A DNA stretch of 63,856 nucleotides, counting the filler, from Octopus bimaculoides (taxonomy: Eukaryota), in the NCBI RefSeq assembly GCF_001194135.2. It is 7 parts of 6 records of this genome, joined end to end, with 100 filler letters (N's around TTAATTAATTAA, not from the genome) between each part and the next. Parts side by side here need not be neighbours in the genome. Positions count along the whole stretch, not along the records: positions 41,736 to 52,630 come from NC_068984.1; positions 52,731 to 61,427 come from NW_026317752.1; positions 61,528 to 62,696 come from NC_068981.1; positions 62,797 to 63,856 come from NC_068987.1; 3 more parts are not named here. One strand, given 5' to 3'. The translations under genes were made by a program, and so were the position numbers. Shown piece after piece: positions 52,404 to 63,856 of this stretch; the first letter of the stretch is position 1, and every line of letters begins with the position of its first letter. The notes below the pieces were generated by a model. That model had not been told where the DNA came from. It saw only the letters and a program-made list of their open reading frames with translations, and did not search any database.

Positions 52404-52630
52404 GTTCAGTAGTTTTATTTTTATAACGTGCTTTCACTTCACTACCGAGCGCAGCTCTGTGCGCCTTGGGTATGTGCTGTGGTTTGCTGTGGTGTTCTTA
52501 TGGTTACTATATTGAAAGTGTTTTGCGTAGGATGTGTGCTGTGCCCAGTAGTGCAATTTTCTGTATGTTATATATATTTGTAAGTCCTGGTGTTTTTGTT
52601 ATGTATTTGTCTGAATATTTTTTATTATAC
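52404..52630 (-). pseudogene. R4/Dong-like 3' end with UTR and (AAT)n tail
   Basis: IIKKYSDKYITKTPGLTNIYNIQKIALLGTAHILRKTLSI*, then ~110-bp UTR running into (AAT)n. Confidence 0.85.
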
Positions 52631-52730
52631 NNNNNNNNNNNNNNNNNNNNNNNNNNNNNNNNNNNNNNNNNNNNTTAATTAATTAANNNNNNNNNNNNNN
52701 NNNNNNNNNNNNNNNNNNNNNNNNNNNNNN
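52631..52730. other. Artificial scaffold spacer
   Basis: N44-TTAATTAATTAA-N44. Confidence 0.95.
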
Positions 52731-53259
52731 TAGATGGCCCTGCTCAGTATGTAGAAAAGGAGTAGGTAGTAACTCTATACAATAATATTTTATCATCATC
52801 ATCATTATCATTATTATTACTATTACTATTATTAATAGACGAATAACAAAATATTTTATGATAAAACTTGAAATACAAATTATCTTTCCAAGCCAGAAAA
52901 TTGCATTGCCTTGCTTTAGTACAACTGCAGCAGCTAATTAAAATGAATATAATGCTGGCTGCCTGGATCACATAACAGAAGAGGTACAACAGTATCAGCG
53001 CATATATATGTTGTTTCTAACATAGGCACAAGAGCAGAAATTTATGGGGAAAGGGTTAGTCAATTACGTCAACCTTAGTACTTGACTGGTACTTTACCAA
53101 CCCCCACAGAGATGAAAAGTAAAGTTGGCTTTAATGGGAGTTGAACTCAGAACATAAAGAGCTAAAACAAATACTACAAGGCGTTTTGTCCAAGGCTCTA
53201 CTGGTTCTCTTGATCCACTGCCTTAGGGCATACATATTATATACATACCTATGAATAAG

Positions 53260-53290
<31 letters not shown>

Positions 53291-54695
53291 ATGAATAAAA
53301 GTTTTAAAGTTAAATTATATTCTTCAATGGATATGAATGGTAGGTTTACACACACAAGGAAAAAAGTCTTCTGTTGTTTTATATACATAAGATGCTTTGC
53401 ACACAGGAAGAAGATTTCTGTTGAAGTTCTGCATTGCCTACTTCAATAATTGCAAATATAATTGTGAATACAAGTTAAAAAAAAAAAAATTAACATTCAC
53501 TTGCATAATCTGGTCCCATACATTAATAGTATGAAAATATATCTGTTTAAAAATATATGTCTATACAGGTTAAACAATCTTTGATTACTACAGGAAATGG
53601 CTTTGAAAAATATAAAAAGCATGTAAAAAGAATGGTACATTGAATTTATGGCAGATGGAATTAAGGAAATGGACGGAAATAATTTTTTGAATATTGGAAT
53701 GTAAATACTTAAAATATTTTCAATAGTTTACTGATTAATATCTATACAAATGGATTATCATTATTTCTTACTAAATACACTAGGAATGATAATGTGAAAT
53801 GTTATTTCAGAAACAGAAAATTAGAATATAAAATTATATAAAAAATTTGAAAAAAAAAAAAATTAATACTCATATTTTAACTATTTACACCAATTTACAG
53901 ATTTTATATTTCTTGAAAATGAGACAAAATTCAATTTATGTGACAGAAAATTTAATCAGTATAGATGAGATGTACTTTCTTCTCAGAATTTATCTATTCT
54001 AGCAATAAAGTAACAAAATGCTACAGGATCAAACTTAAGGTTTAAATTATCTTTCCTATCCTGAAAATTTTACACTATTCTATAAAAAATATTTAGGGAA
54101 GCAAGAATGTATTTCTAAATTCAAAAGAGGCTTGTTTTATTTTTGTTGTTTTTTTTGTTTGTTTGTTTTTTAATATCAAAAATGAAATTACAATATGAAT
54201 GTTTTTTAAAATATAGTCAACCAATAAGATTCATTCTATTAATTCTGCAGATCTCCATAAATCTCGCCAATAGTCCCAAGTGGTCATAAGAGCAGATACT
54301 TTGCTTTGGTTTCTTTGCATAAAGCAGCGGAGAAATATTTTCACCAGGATACAGTTTATCACAGGTAACATTCCCAGACTATCTGCTATTATTCCAAACA
54401 GCTAGATGAACTGAGGCACATACAATGAAAGGTTCTGTCCAGAGACACAAAGAACCACCAGCAGTAAATCTGAATACTAAGAACATTTAGACTAATACTT
54501 TACAAAACACTAATATGCTTCCATAAGAATATGAAGCAAAGTGGTTTGGAAATCCATTTTTTTAAAAACTAACATTCAATATTTTCAGGTTATAATTCTG
54601 GTTTATTTGTCTCCATTTCTAGAATCTAACAGTGTTGTGGGGAGAGGATGTAGGGATATGTGCTTCATCATCATTTTAATATCCACTTTTTCATG

Positions 54696-54729
<34 letters not shown>

Positions 54730-54794
54730 CATTCATTCTATATATATATAACTATGCAAATGTATAAAGACATACACACACACACACACACACA

Positions 54795-55285
54795 TGAGGT
54801 TCGATCAATAAATATCTGGACTGTTGCCATAGTAACAAAGCTAAAATATGCAGAGTGAAGTTGCTTGGCAAAGATTGACTTTGAACTCTGCTGTGCATGC
54901 GCACTAAGGTTTTACGTTCTAGCTCACTTCTGCTGTTTACAGCAGTGCATGCAAGGAAGATGTGTCAAGTGTGATAGTCGCATTGACAGTGACAGAGAAA
55001 GTTGTCACGGCGATACCTGCTCAGAGGCCTACACAAAATTGCAGAAAGTGTATGGAGAGGAGTGAATGAGCCACACACAAGTGTACAAGTGGTTTCCTAG
55101 ATGGCCGTAAAAATGTTGATATCAACGAACGTTCTGCAAGACCTGCAACCAGCAGAATTGAGAAAACTATTGCAGAGGGCTTCAAACGAGCAACACAGAT
55201 TCCACGGCTCCATACTTTGAAATAACTAAACATGAACTGCTATTGGAACTTACATACCATGTACAGGAAACTTTTTTACCACTTG
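54795..55285 (+). mobile_element. mariner internal-deletion derivative
   Basis: Starts TGAGGTTCGATCAATAAATATC (mariner-like CGAGG end); encodes DTCSEAYTKLQKVYGEE*MSHTQVYKWF...DGRKNVD..ERS.RP.TSR (N-terminal HTH region). Confidence 0.75.
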
Positions 55286-55442
55286 TATACAGCATTTTCC
55301 CCGAATAATGGAACTGCAACTACAATATCTTTATAAATCCTATTTCTACTTTCATTCTCTTATTTCTCTCTATATTCCCTATCTCCTCCTTTTCTATAAT
55401 AATTCGAACTCAAGTATTTCCTCAATTTAACCTTCTCACACC

Positions 55443-55488
55443 GTCTCTGATGAAGGGATATCCATATCACAGAAACAGCTGTAAGACT
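55443..55488 (+). ncRNA. Minimal type I hammerhead ribozyme motif
   Basis: GUCU-CUGAUGA-AGGGAUAU-CC-AUAUCACA-GAAA-CAGCUG-UA-AGAC; palindromic stem III, GUA triplet; stem II has two mismatches. Confidence 0.7.
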
Positions 55489-55692
55489 ATTTCCTTATAA
55501 ATGTCCTGAAAACTCCTCACAGCCTTGGCATTGTCTTCTCATTCTCTCTAATATATGTATATATGCATGCTAATACAGGACCCACGTTAGTCTCCCCCCT
55601 CATATCATTAAACCAAGAGTTTAACTATGGTCTGTCCATAGCACTTACTTAGCGTTACCTGACACTCTTTGGGGTTTTCTAGATATCACTAC

Positions 55693-55729
<37 letters not shown>

Positions 55730-56020
55730 ACCTCTCATATATATATATATATATGTACATATCTATGTGTGTGTGTCTTTGTGTCTGTCCTCCCATCACT
55801 GTTTGACAACCGGTATTTGTGTGTTTGCATCCCCATAACTTAGCAGTTCGGCAAAAGAGACTGATAGAATAAATACTAGGCTTAAGAAAAAAGTCTTGGC
55901 ATTGATTTGTTTGACTAAAACCCTTCCAGGTGGTGCTCCAGCATGGTCGGAGTCAAATGACTGAAACAAGTAAAAGAATAAAAGAACAAAAGAATACACA
56001 CACACACACACACACACACA

Positions 56021-56420
56021 ATCGTGATGGCACCTGTGCCAGTGGAGCGCTAACAGCACGATCCGAGCTTGATCATTACCAGCCTCGCCTTCCTAGCACT
56101 TGTGCCGGTGGCATGTGAAGACATTCGAGTGAGGTTGTTGCCAGTGCCGCTGGACTGGCTCCTGTGCAGGTGGCACGTAAAATACACCATTTTGAGCATG
56201 GCTGTTGCCAGTACCGCCTGACTGGCCTTTGTGCCGGTGGCACGTAAAAGCACTCACTACACACTCGGAGTGGTTGGTGTTAGGAAAGGCATCCAGCTGT
56301 AGAAACTCTGCCAAATCAGATTGGAGCCTGGTGTAACCACCTGGTTCACCAGTCCTCAGTCAAATCGTCCAACCCATGCTAGCATGGAAAGCGGACGTTA
56401 AACGATGATGATGATGATGA
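56021..56420 (+). mobile_element. RTE-type 3' UTR with internal ~65-bp repeats and (GAT)n tail
   Basis: Four TGTGC(C/A)(G/A)GTGG units; ends CCATGCTAGCATGGAAAGCGGACGTTAAACGATGATGATGATGATGA. Confidence 0.8.
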
Positions 56421-56727
56421 CACACGCACACACATACATATATTTTTACATATGTACATACATGTACATATACATATATACATACAGAAGTGTGCTTCTG
56501 AATCACATGGTTTCAGGGTCAATCCTCCTATGTGACACCTTGGGCAAGTGTCTTTTACTATAGACCTGAGGGGTCCAAATTCTTATGGGCTGATTTGGTA
56601 GATAAATCTGAAAGAAAACCATCATATGTATGTGTGTACATATATATATGTGTGTATATACATATAAGCACATACACACACATATGTATGTATGTGTGTA
56701 TGTTTATGTATATATGTATATAAATGT

Positions 56728-56784
<57 letters not shown>

Positions 56785-57707
56785 GTATGTGTGTTTTACT
56801 GACTGCTTCTCATCACATCACATGATAGTTTTAAGCCACCATCATGGGAGCATTTCCCAACTTCCATGAAAATTATGTTTGATCATGGGAAGATATGAAA
56901 GTTATCTGTCATAGAAAATCTGCCTCCACAAAATTCCAAGCAAGCCAGGCAAGTATGGAAAAGTAGATGTTAAAATGCTGATGACATAAAGTTTTGAATT
57001 TTTGTAGGGAGATAAGATTATATATTTTATTTTAGTATCAAACTGTAGGTAGGGGCTTCTTTTTTTTAATTTCAGTACTGTTAGTATATTGTTCAATGGT
57101 TTAAAAAATTATTTGTAGCACACACCTAGTGAAAAAAACAATTACCATCTTCAAAAATAAAAAGGATAATTCATTATAAATATAATTGAATGGTGATGAA
57201 GTTTTCACACATATATTCCACTTATGTTTCTTTTCATAACCTAAATTTCAATACCAAATTTTGTAAGACACATTCACATTTCATTGATACACAATGGTTA
57301 ATAAAATTGTTTGTTACACACTTACATAGTCTCATCCAATGTGGAGGAAAAAAAATTCTATGCAAACATGACAGACGGTAAAAGTAGGTTTTCTTTAAAC
57401 TTTTACAAGTAAAAATTATATAAACAATGGCAGAACTGTCAAATTGCTCTGAGAAAGAAAAGAACTATGTCGTCTCAGGAAAGGTTACAAGCAGATGAGA
57501 TATGAAATATGGAAAGTATTAAATATGGTGGTGATATAAAGACTAACTGTAATAATTGACACATTTATTTCAAATGAACAAAGTATTGAAAGTGTTTATT
57601 AAATATACATATATTTGTATATAAATATACAAATATATATGTACATACATATATATACACACATATATATTTATATAAAGATTAGATATGCATATACACC
57701 GACCCAC

Positions 57708-57753
<46 letters not shown>

Positions 57754-58899
57754 AATGGATGTGTCATAATACTATTCCGCACATACAATAACAGCCATAC
57801 CAATAATCCAACATACCTCCATCATCAACTGCCCCATGGATATCACTATGGTTTTGACACCAGGGCAGTACCATTCAATCTGGTAGTGTCAACAGTACTT
57901 AAAGAAACACACTTACCCTATGTACAACAGTATTGGTAAATAAATTCAATAAGTAAACCTATAACTAACTCCTAAAATATATAACTAAATAGCATCCCAC
58001 CGGTCTTCCATAGTTATTAATATAAAAGTGAAAGCTTTATCACCACCTTCATTCAATCTTAATTCTATATATTCTAGTTTCATTCTGGTAATCGTGAAAT
58101 CGGTCGATACATAGTTGAGTTTTTTTTTTTAAAGTTGGTTTCTTTTGAGGGTTGCTTTCCTCGCATTCGGTACTAAAATGTGTTTATTGGGGAAGTCTCT
58201 TGTGTGGCATTATTCTGTAGTGATGCCCTTATATAAATATAAACGAATAATTATATTCTTGGGAATAGAAATTTCCCTTATGAATTTTTTTACACACTAG
58301 CTTCCTGATAAAATTCTTGTAAAAGATTTTTATCCTATTTTGAATTTACACATATGTATATGTATGTGTAGGTACATAGGCAGATATAGATGTATATACT
58401 TTTATATATATATAACTATTAGTAGCTCACTCACTGCATTCTGCTTTCCTTCTCTTCTCCCCCATGGCATCCTCATGAATTCCCTGCTCACTCACTCTGT
58501 CTAGTTCTCTATCACTGCATATAGATATAGACATAAAGATTATAGAGAAATTGATAGATATTCATATATGTGTGTGTGTTGCCTTAAATACACGACTGAG
58601 TTTTATCTTTTTATATGTATTTTACATATTTCCTTCTTAGTCTTTTACTGTTGCTTTGGAACACTAGGGTTCCCAAACCCATATCCAGTGTTTTTAGACC
58701 TTCACTGCCACATGATCAGGAGTTGAATTATATTTGGTATTTGAATTGGTTCTTATATATTGATTGAATTTTTGTAGACTTTCCCACCAAAGATTTTTGG
58801 ACTGTTAGCATCATGCATTAGCAATTATGCATTGATTTGTTTGTAATAGTCAAATTTTGACCAATAATTTTTTTTTTTTTTTAATGTCAGTAGCCACAT

Positions 58900-60280
58900 G
58901 TTAATTTTTTTATGGTTGTGTATGCTGATTTTGGTATCATACTTTAATGTTTACAGTTTCCATAATTAATCCTCTATTTTTGTGTGGAATTTTATAAAAT
59001 ATATAAGTAGTTTTCTCTATTTTCATATCAAATTTCATTTTGTGATAAGTAGTATAATGCTGTGCAATAGCTCATGTTGCAAGTGCATGGTGAGCCTACA
59101 TGAGAGTGTTGTATTTGTCTGTCCAATGTAACAGCTAGAGTCCTGAAGTTTGCAACTTTCATTTTTACAGTCAAATTTATAGATCACTTTGGTCATCTTC
59201 AGTTTGTTCTTTGGCTCCCAGGTTTCTAGTGTGTTACTGATGTGGATGTTTTGGATTATGGTGTTTTTGTACCTATATTATTAGTTTAGTTTGTGATCGG
59301 GTGTTATACAGTGTGTGTTGCATTTTATGAGAGGTTTTATTATACATTCATCCATTTGATAGTTTGGTACATGTAATAGATTTTTATTTGCGGTTTATGT
59401 ATTTCTATTTATTAGGGGTTTTCTTTGATATATTTATTCTATTGTATATGTGTCTGTACACTTTTACAGCTTGGTCCAGTAGCTCATTAGGGAATCCATT
59501 CGTTATTGTTTAATTTTATGTATTTCTTCCTCTACTGTATAACTGTGTGAACATTCACTGACTCTGCATACATATCTGATGTATATTATATATCTTTATG
59601 TTTTGGTATCATTCTGTTTTCTATTATGGATAAGTAGAATGCTACAATCATAGGTCCAAGGGAGAAACCTATGGCCACTACCTTCTGTTTGTTTGTATTA
59701 AATTTCTCTGTAGGTAGTAAAAAGGCACTTCAGTAGTGCATATCATAAGTAGATTTTTCAATAAGTTTGCTGGTTTTACAGGTGACTATAATTTTGGATG
59801 TTTATATACATTATTTATAATGATTTCTATCATTTCTGTCACTAGGACATTACCTATTGTATCTCATTCTTCCAGAGTCTGTAGAAATTCCTCACATAAC
59901 TTAACACTATATTTCTCTGGTGTGTAATGTTTTTATAAATAGTTTATTTGTTTGTTGATTGAAAATGTTGATGTACTTATTTGTGATATTGTGAGCCTGA
60001 GGAGTGGGGTTGTTTTGTTGCTGTTTTTTTATTGTACCAAATATACATATAGTTTGGAAAATTGTCCCTCCATGTGTGGAAAGTAAGGTGGTCCTATTAA
60101 CACTACTTGTGCATTTATTGCTACGATTATTTTGTATAATTTATCTGTTTGGTATTATCTTTCCTAATCTACATGAATTTGTTTTTGTTGCTGAGTAAAT
60201 TCTTCTCTATCCATGATAACCAAAATATTGCTTTGCTTGTTCTTAGGAAAGACTACACAAATTCAATCAGATAATACGAA
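58900..60280 (-). pseudogene. Penelope-like element remnant with RT and GIY-YIG endonuclease
   Basis: KYSVKLCEEFLQTL, IIINNVYKHPKL...LLMICTTEVPF, YKQTEG/AIGFSLGPMIVAFY, YIRY; then KVIYKFDCKNESC...CYIGQTNTTLSCRLTMH. Confidence 0.9.
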
Positions 60281-60404
60281 ACATCACAAATTCAAATATA
60301 TTCAATTCAACCTTTGATAAGATTGCACATCTCTAGAAATATAGAACATGGATTTAGGAACCCTACTGTGTAATGAAATACGCAGCTGTTTCTCATGTGT
60401 GCGA

Positions 60405-60438
<34 letters not shown>

Positions 60439-60647
60439 TAGAGAAATATATATGTATAAATATAAAAAGCTAAAAAGATTTTATCTATATACATAAATAT
60501 ATACATATACATAGATATATACATATGTGTATACATATATATNNNNNNNNNNNNNNNNNNNNNNNNNNNNNNNNNNNNNNNNNNNNNNNNNNNNNNNNNN
60601 NNNNNNNNNNNNNNTATATATATATATTTATATATATACATGTTTTT

Positions 60648-60842
60648 GTATTTCACGTGGTGGTGGTGGTGGTGAAAGATGGTGATGGTGGTGTATGTTA
60701 TGATGTTAATCATAGTCACCGTGATGTATTCATAGGAGTCACCAGACCATATCCGATTGATTTTTGACTTTCAGGTTGAAGCAGTAGATCAAGACATAGA
60801 CCACCAACACAATCTTCCACCACCACCACCACATGAAAATAC
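60648..60842. mobile_element. Small fold-back / MITE-like element
   Basis: ~57-bp imperfect inverted arms (GTATTTCACGTGGTGGTGG...GTTATGAT / ATCAAGAC...CCACCACATGAAAATAC), ~83-bp loop; no TSD seen. Confidence 0.6.
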
Positions 60843-61206
60843 GTCACAATGACCAGCAATTGAAGAATTGCATGTACCAACAGCTGGAGAGTTGCTGCTA
60901 GTGCTAACGCAAATGCTGAGCAGTTTAAAATAAAATAGCAAAATCAATGTAACTAGACATTTCTTGGACTGCTTCCTTCTGGAGAAAGGCCATTGTGCCT
61001 GAAATATAAAGGCCTTTTTTGAAAAAAACTTTCTCCATTATTAGAAGATTTCTTTAGTTCCCTTAAGACAATAGGTATATATTAAGCATATAGTCTATAT
61101 CCATTTAAAAGAAGAAAAGAAAATGGAGATACGGAAGTTAAAAATAAACAATTATTAACTTCTTTATCTCCATTTTTTTTATCTACTTTTAAATGTGCAC
61201 ACACAC

Positions 61207-61249
<43 letters not shown>

Positions 61250-61393
61250 TATATACATACGCATATATACATACACATATATATATACATACATATATAC
61301 ATATACATATATATATACACACACATATATATATATATACATACATACACACACACATATATATATACATATACATATATGCATATATATATA

Positions 61394-61427
<34 letters not shown>

Positions 61428-61527
61428 NNNNNNNNNNNNNNNNNNNNNNNNNNNNNNNNNNNNNNNNNNNNTTAATTAATTAANNNNNNNNNNNNNNNNN
61501 NNNNNNNNNNNNNNNNNNNNNNNNNNN
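61428..61527. other. Artificial scaffold spacer
   Basis: N44-TTAATTAATTAA-N44. Confidence 0.95.
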
Positions 61528-61730
61528 GTGTTTATACTTGTATTAATATACAATGTTCGTATACGAAGGAAGCGAGCTGGCGGAGACGTTAGCAGCCCAG
61601 CTGAAATACTTCACAGCCCTTCTTCCGTCTTTGCGTTCGAATTCCGCCGATATTCACTTTACCTCCTAATCCTTTTACTGGGTCGTTAAAATAAATACCT
61701 GTTGAGCAGTTACGCCGATGTTATCGACTT
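61528..61730 (+). repeat. 203-bp block identical to 62494-62696 (includes a diverged SINE)
   Basis: Identical by eye; each copy abuts a spacer. Confidence 0.9.
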
Positions 61731-62383
61731 ACCACCTCCTCACAATTGCTCTCCTTGGGCCAAACTTTCAAAACAATATACGCACACACAAATATAGATA
61801 TGTATATACGCACATCTCTAATTTTATGCCAACGCTTTCCTTTTCCATCTAGTTTAAGCAGATAATGGTTTTAGACGCCGGATTATATGTACATGTGCGT
61901 GTGTTTCGTATACATATATGTATACATATATATATGAGCATGTATGTACATATGTACGCACATATGTTTGTATGTATGTACACACACACACGCACGCACA
62001 CACAATCTGTACATACGTTTGTGTGTGTGCAGCTACGCTTGTATACGCTTCCAAATACATACATATACACGTGCAGACAAAGAGATATATATATACGAGT
62101 GCATACACACGTGAACACACATATATATGCGATTTTGTATATACGTATGTGAACGTCTATATATATGTGTGTGTGTATATATATATGTATATATAACTGC
62201 CTTATCTTCGAAACGTCGGGTTAGAATAGAAGCAGCTGATGAAAGAATATTCCAAGTGGCTTTCCGTTTTCCTATGTGTTCGTTCCGTTGTCCGTAGTTC
62301 ATTATTCTAACGTGCTGTACCCTGATATGCATATATATACACATGTAGATGTAAGTATGTACATATATGTGTGNNNNNNNNNN

Positions 62384-62440
<57 letters not shown>

Positions 62441-62696
62441 CGTGCGTGCGAAAGTACGTGTGCGAATTTACTCACATGTATGAGAATGAATGGGTGTTTA
62501 TACTTGTATTAATATACAATGTTCGTATACGAAGGAAGCGAGCTGGCGGAGACGTTAGCAGCCCAGCTGAAATACTTCACAGCCCTTCTTCCGTCTTTGC
62601 GTTCGAATTCCGCCGATATTCACTTTACCTCCTAATCCTTTTACTGGGTCGTTAAAATAAATACCTGTTGAGCAGTTACGCCGATGTTATCGACTT

Positions 62697-62796
62697 NNNN
62701 NNNNNNNNNNNNNNNNNNNNNNNNNNNNNNNNNNNNNNNNTTAATTAATTAANNNNNNNNNNNNNNNNNNNNNNNNNNNNNNNNNNNNNNNNNNNN
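62697..62796. other. Artificial scaffold spacer
   Basis: N44-TTAATTAATTAA-N44. Confidence 0.95.
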
Positions 62797-62827
<31 letters not shown>

Positions 62828-63257
62828 CATATATGGCCCGGCCCGCGGCCATAGTAGAAGACAACTGTCCAACAAGGTGTCACGCTTTGGAACTGAACCC
62901 GGAACGACGTGGTTGGGAAGCAAACTTCTTACCACACAACCACGGCTGCGCCTATAAAAATTCTGGGTTACTTTTATGGTCAGAAGAATTTACGAGACAA
63001 CATTCTCATAAACAAATTGGTTTTTAACTGAGTGATACAGGGACCACGATGAACTTCACAAATGGTACAACAATGGTAGACTGTTGGCGTAACACTGGCC
63101 TGTCTGATTACTTACTGGTTTGGCATTGTAAGAAGAGAGGTCAGTAGGTTAAACGACTGACATTGCCGATTGCGTGTAAGACGATAAAAGCTGGTGGCGA
63201 ACAAGGAGATACTTAGGCGTAACAATATAAAGAGAGAGAGAGAGAGGATGATAAAAT

Positions 63258-63465
63258 GTGCTGGCTGAATCGTTAGCAGAGCGGACAAAAGATGCCTGAC
63301 GGCGCTCCGTCTGACTTTGCATTCTGAGATCGAATTCCACTGAGTTCGACTTTGCTTTTTATTCTTTCGATGTTGATAAAATAAGTACCAGTTGAACACT
63401 GGAGTCAATGTAATCGACTCAACCCCTTCCTTCAAACTTTCAGGTCTTGTGTCGATAATGGAAAG
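63258..63465 (+). mobile_element. Diverged SINE (tail type 1)
   Basis: GAATCGTTAGCA...TTCTGAGATCGAATTCCACTGAGTTCGACTTTGC...AAGTACCAGTTGAACACTGG. Confidence 0.75.
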
Positions 63466-63753
63466 AATTATTAACGGTTTACAAAGGAATCAATCAAAAG
63501 AGAGGGTGATGATTTCAAAGTTTGGCTGAGTAGAAGTAGTAATAGATAACAACAACAACAGAAAAGTCGATGGTGCCAGCTTCAAACACTAAAGACTTAA
63601 TGGACATTTAACAAGCCAGATGCCACAGAAAAAGTAGGAAGTCTTTCTCATCCAATTTCAAAACATAAGAGAAGAATTGCCATGGAATCCGTCCAAATTC
63701 CGCCGTTGTTAACGCATACACAAACTCACACATACACACGCACGTATGCATAC

Positions 63754-63852
<99 letters not shown>

Positions 63853-63856
63853 CATA

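Larger units (their letters stand above)
2760..63856. repeat. Dispersed microsatellites: (TA)n, (CA/GT)n, (GA)n, (TCTA)n, (CCAT)n, (TAA)n, (GTT)n
   Basis: Dozens of tracts; most N-gaps are bounded by such tracts (e.g. 2770, 9340, 18354, 22647, 28246, 35180, 44157, 50150, 61200, 63750). Confidence 0.97.

Noticed and set aside
62205-62250. GAAACGTC ... CTGATGA as a circularly permuted hammerhead
   Set aside because: Motifs present, but stems I and II do not pair; at best pieces of a truncated PLE repeat.
2676-62935. Long YIYI/CVCV/THTH/LLLL and X-containing ORFs in the track
   Set aside because: Products of microsatellites and N-runs.
1-63856. CRISPR array, rRNA, true tRNA genes, bacterial operon
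   Set aside because: No regularly spaced repeat-spacer array or rRNA-like sequence; tRNA-like A/B boxes occur only as SINE heads; the IS1595-like fragment is a decayed Merlin among eukaryotic repeats.

Overview
AT-rich, repeat-dominated eukaryotic DNA. It is most likely a cephalopod (Octopus-like) draft assembly, inferred from my recognition of the SINE and RTE repeat families and the very high microsatellite density, not from a database search. I can support no intact protein-coding gene, rRNA, tRNA or CRISPR array. Nearly all ORFs in the supplied track are artefacts of microsatellites or N-runs. Six identical 100-bp spacers (N44-TTAATTAATTAA-N44) split the window into seven joined blocks, so adjacency across them is not guaranteed. 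Supported content: (1) many tRNA-type SINE copies; (2) decayed DNA transposons (Tc1, mariner, Merlin) and MITEs with intact TIRs/TSDs (Tc1/mariner, hAT, piggyBac); (3) decayed non-LTR retrotransposons (RTE, R4/Dong-like, Penelope-like/PLE); (4) several minimal hammerhead ribozyme (HHR) cores in different PLE-like contexts; (5) at least five fold-back palindromic elements. The most striking object is a ~490-bp palindrome (50293-50780) with a hammerhead core on each strand; a shorter relative at 36.1 kb folds back inside the hammerhead stem II. There is also a nest of R4/Dong-like insertions in (TAA)n/(TA)n tracts, an RTE ending in two C2H2-spaced fingers, and a CpG step near 18 kb with speculative spliced exons. 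TE boundaries are approximate unless TIRs or TSDs are quoted.
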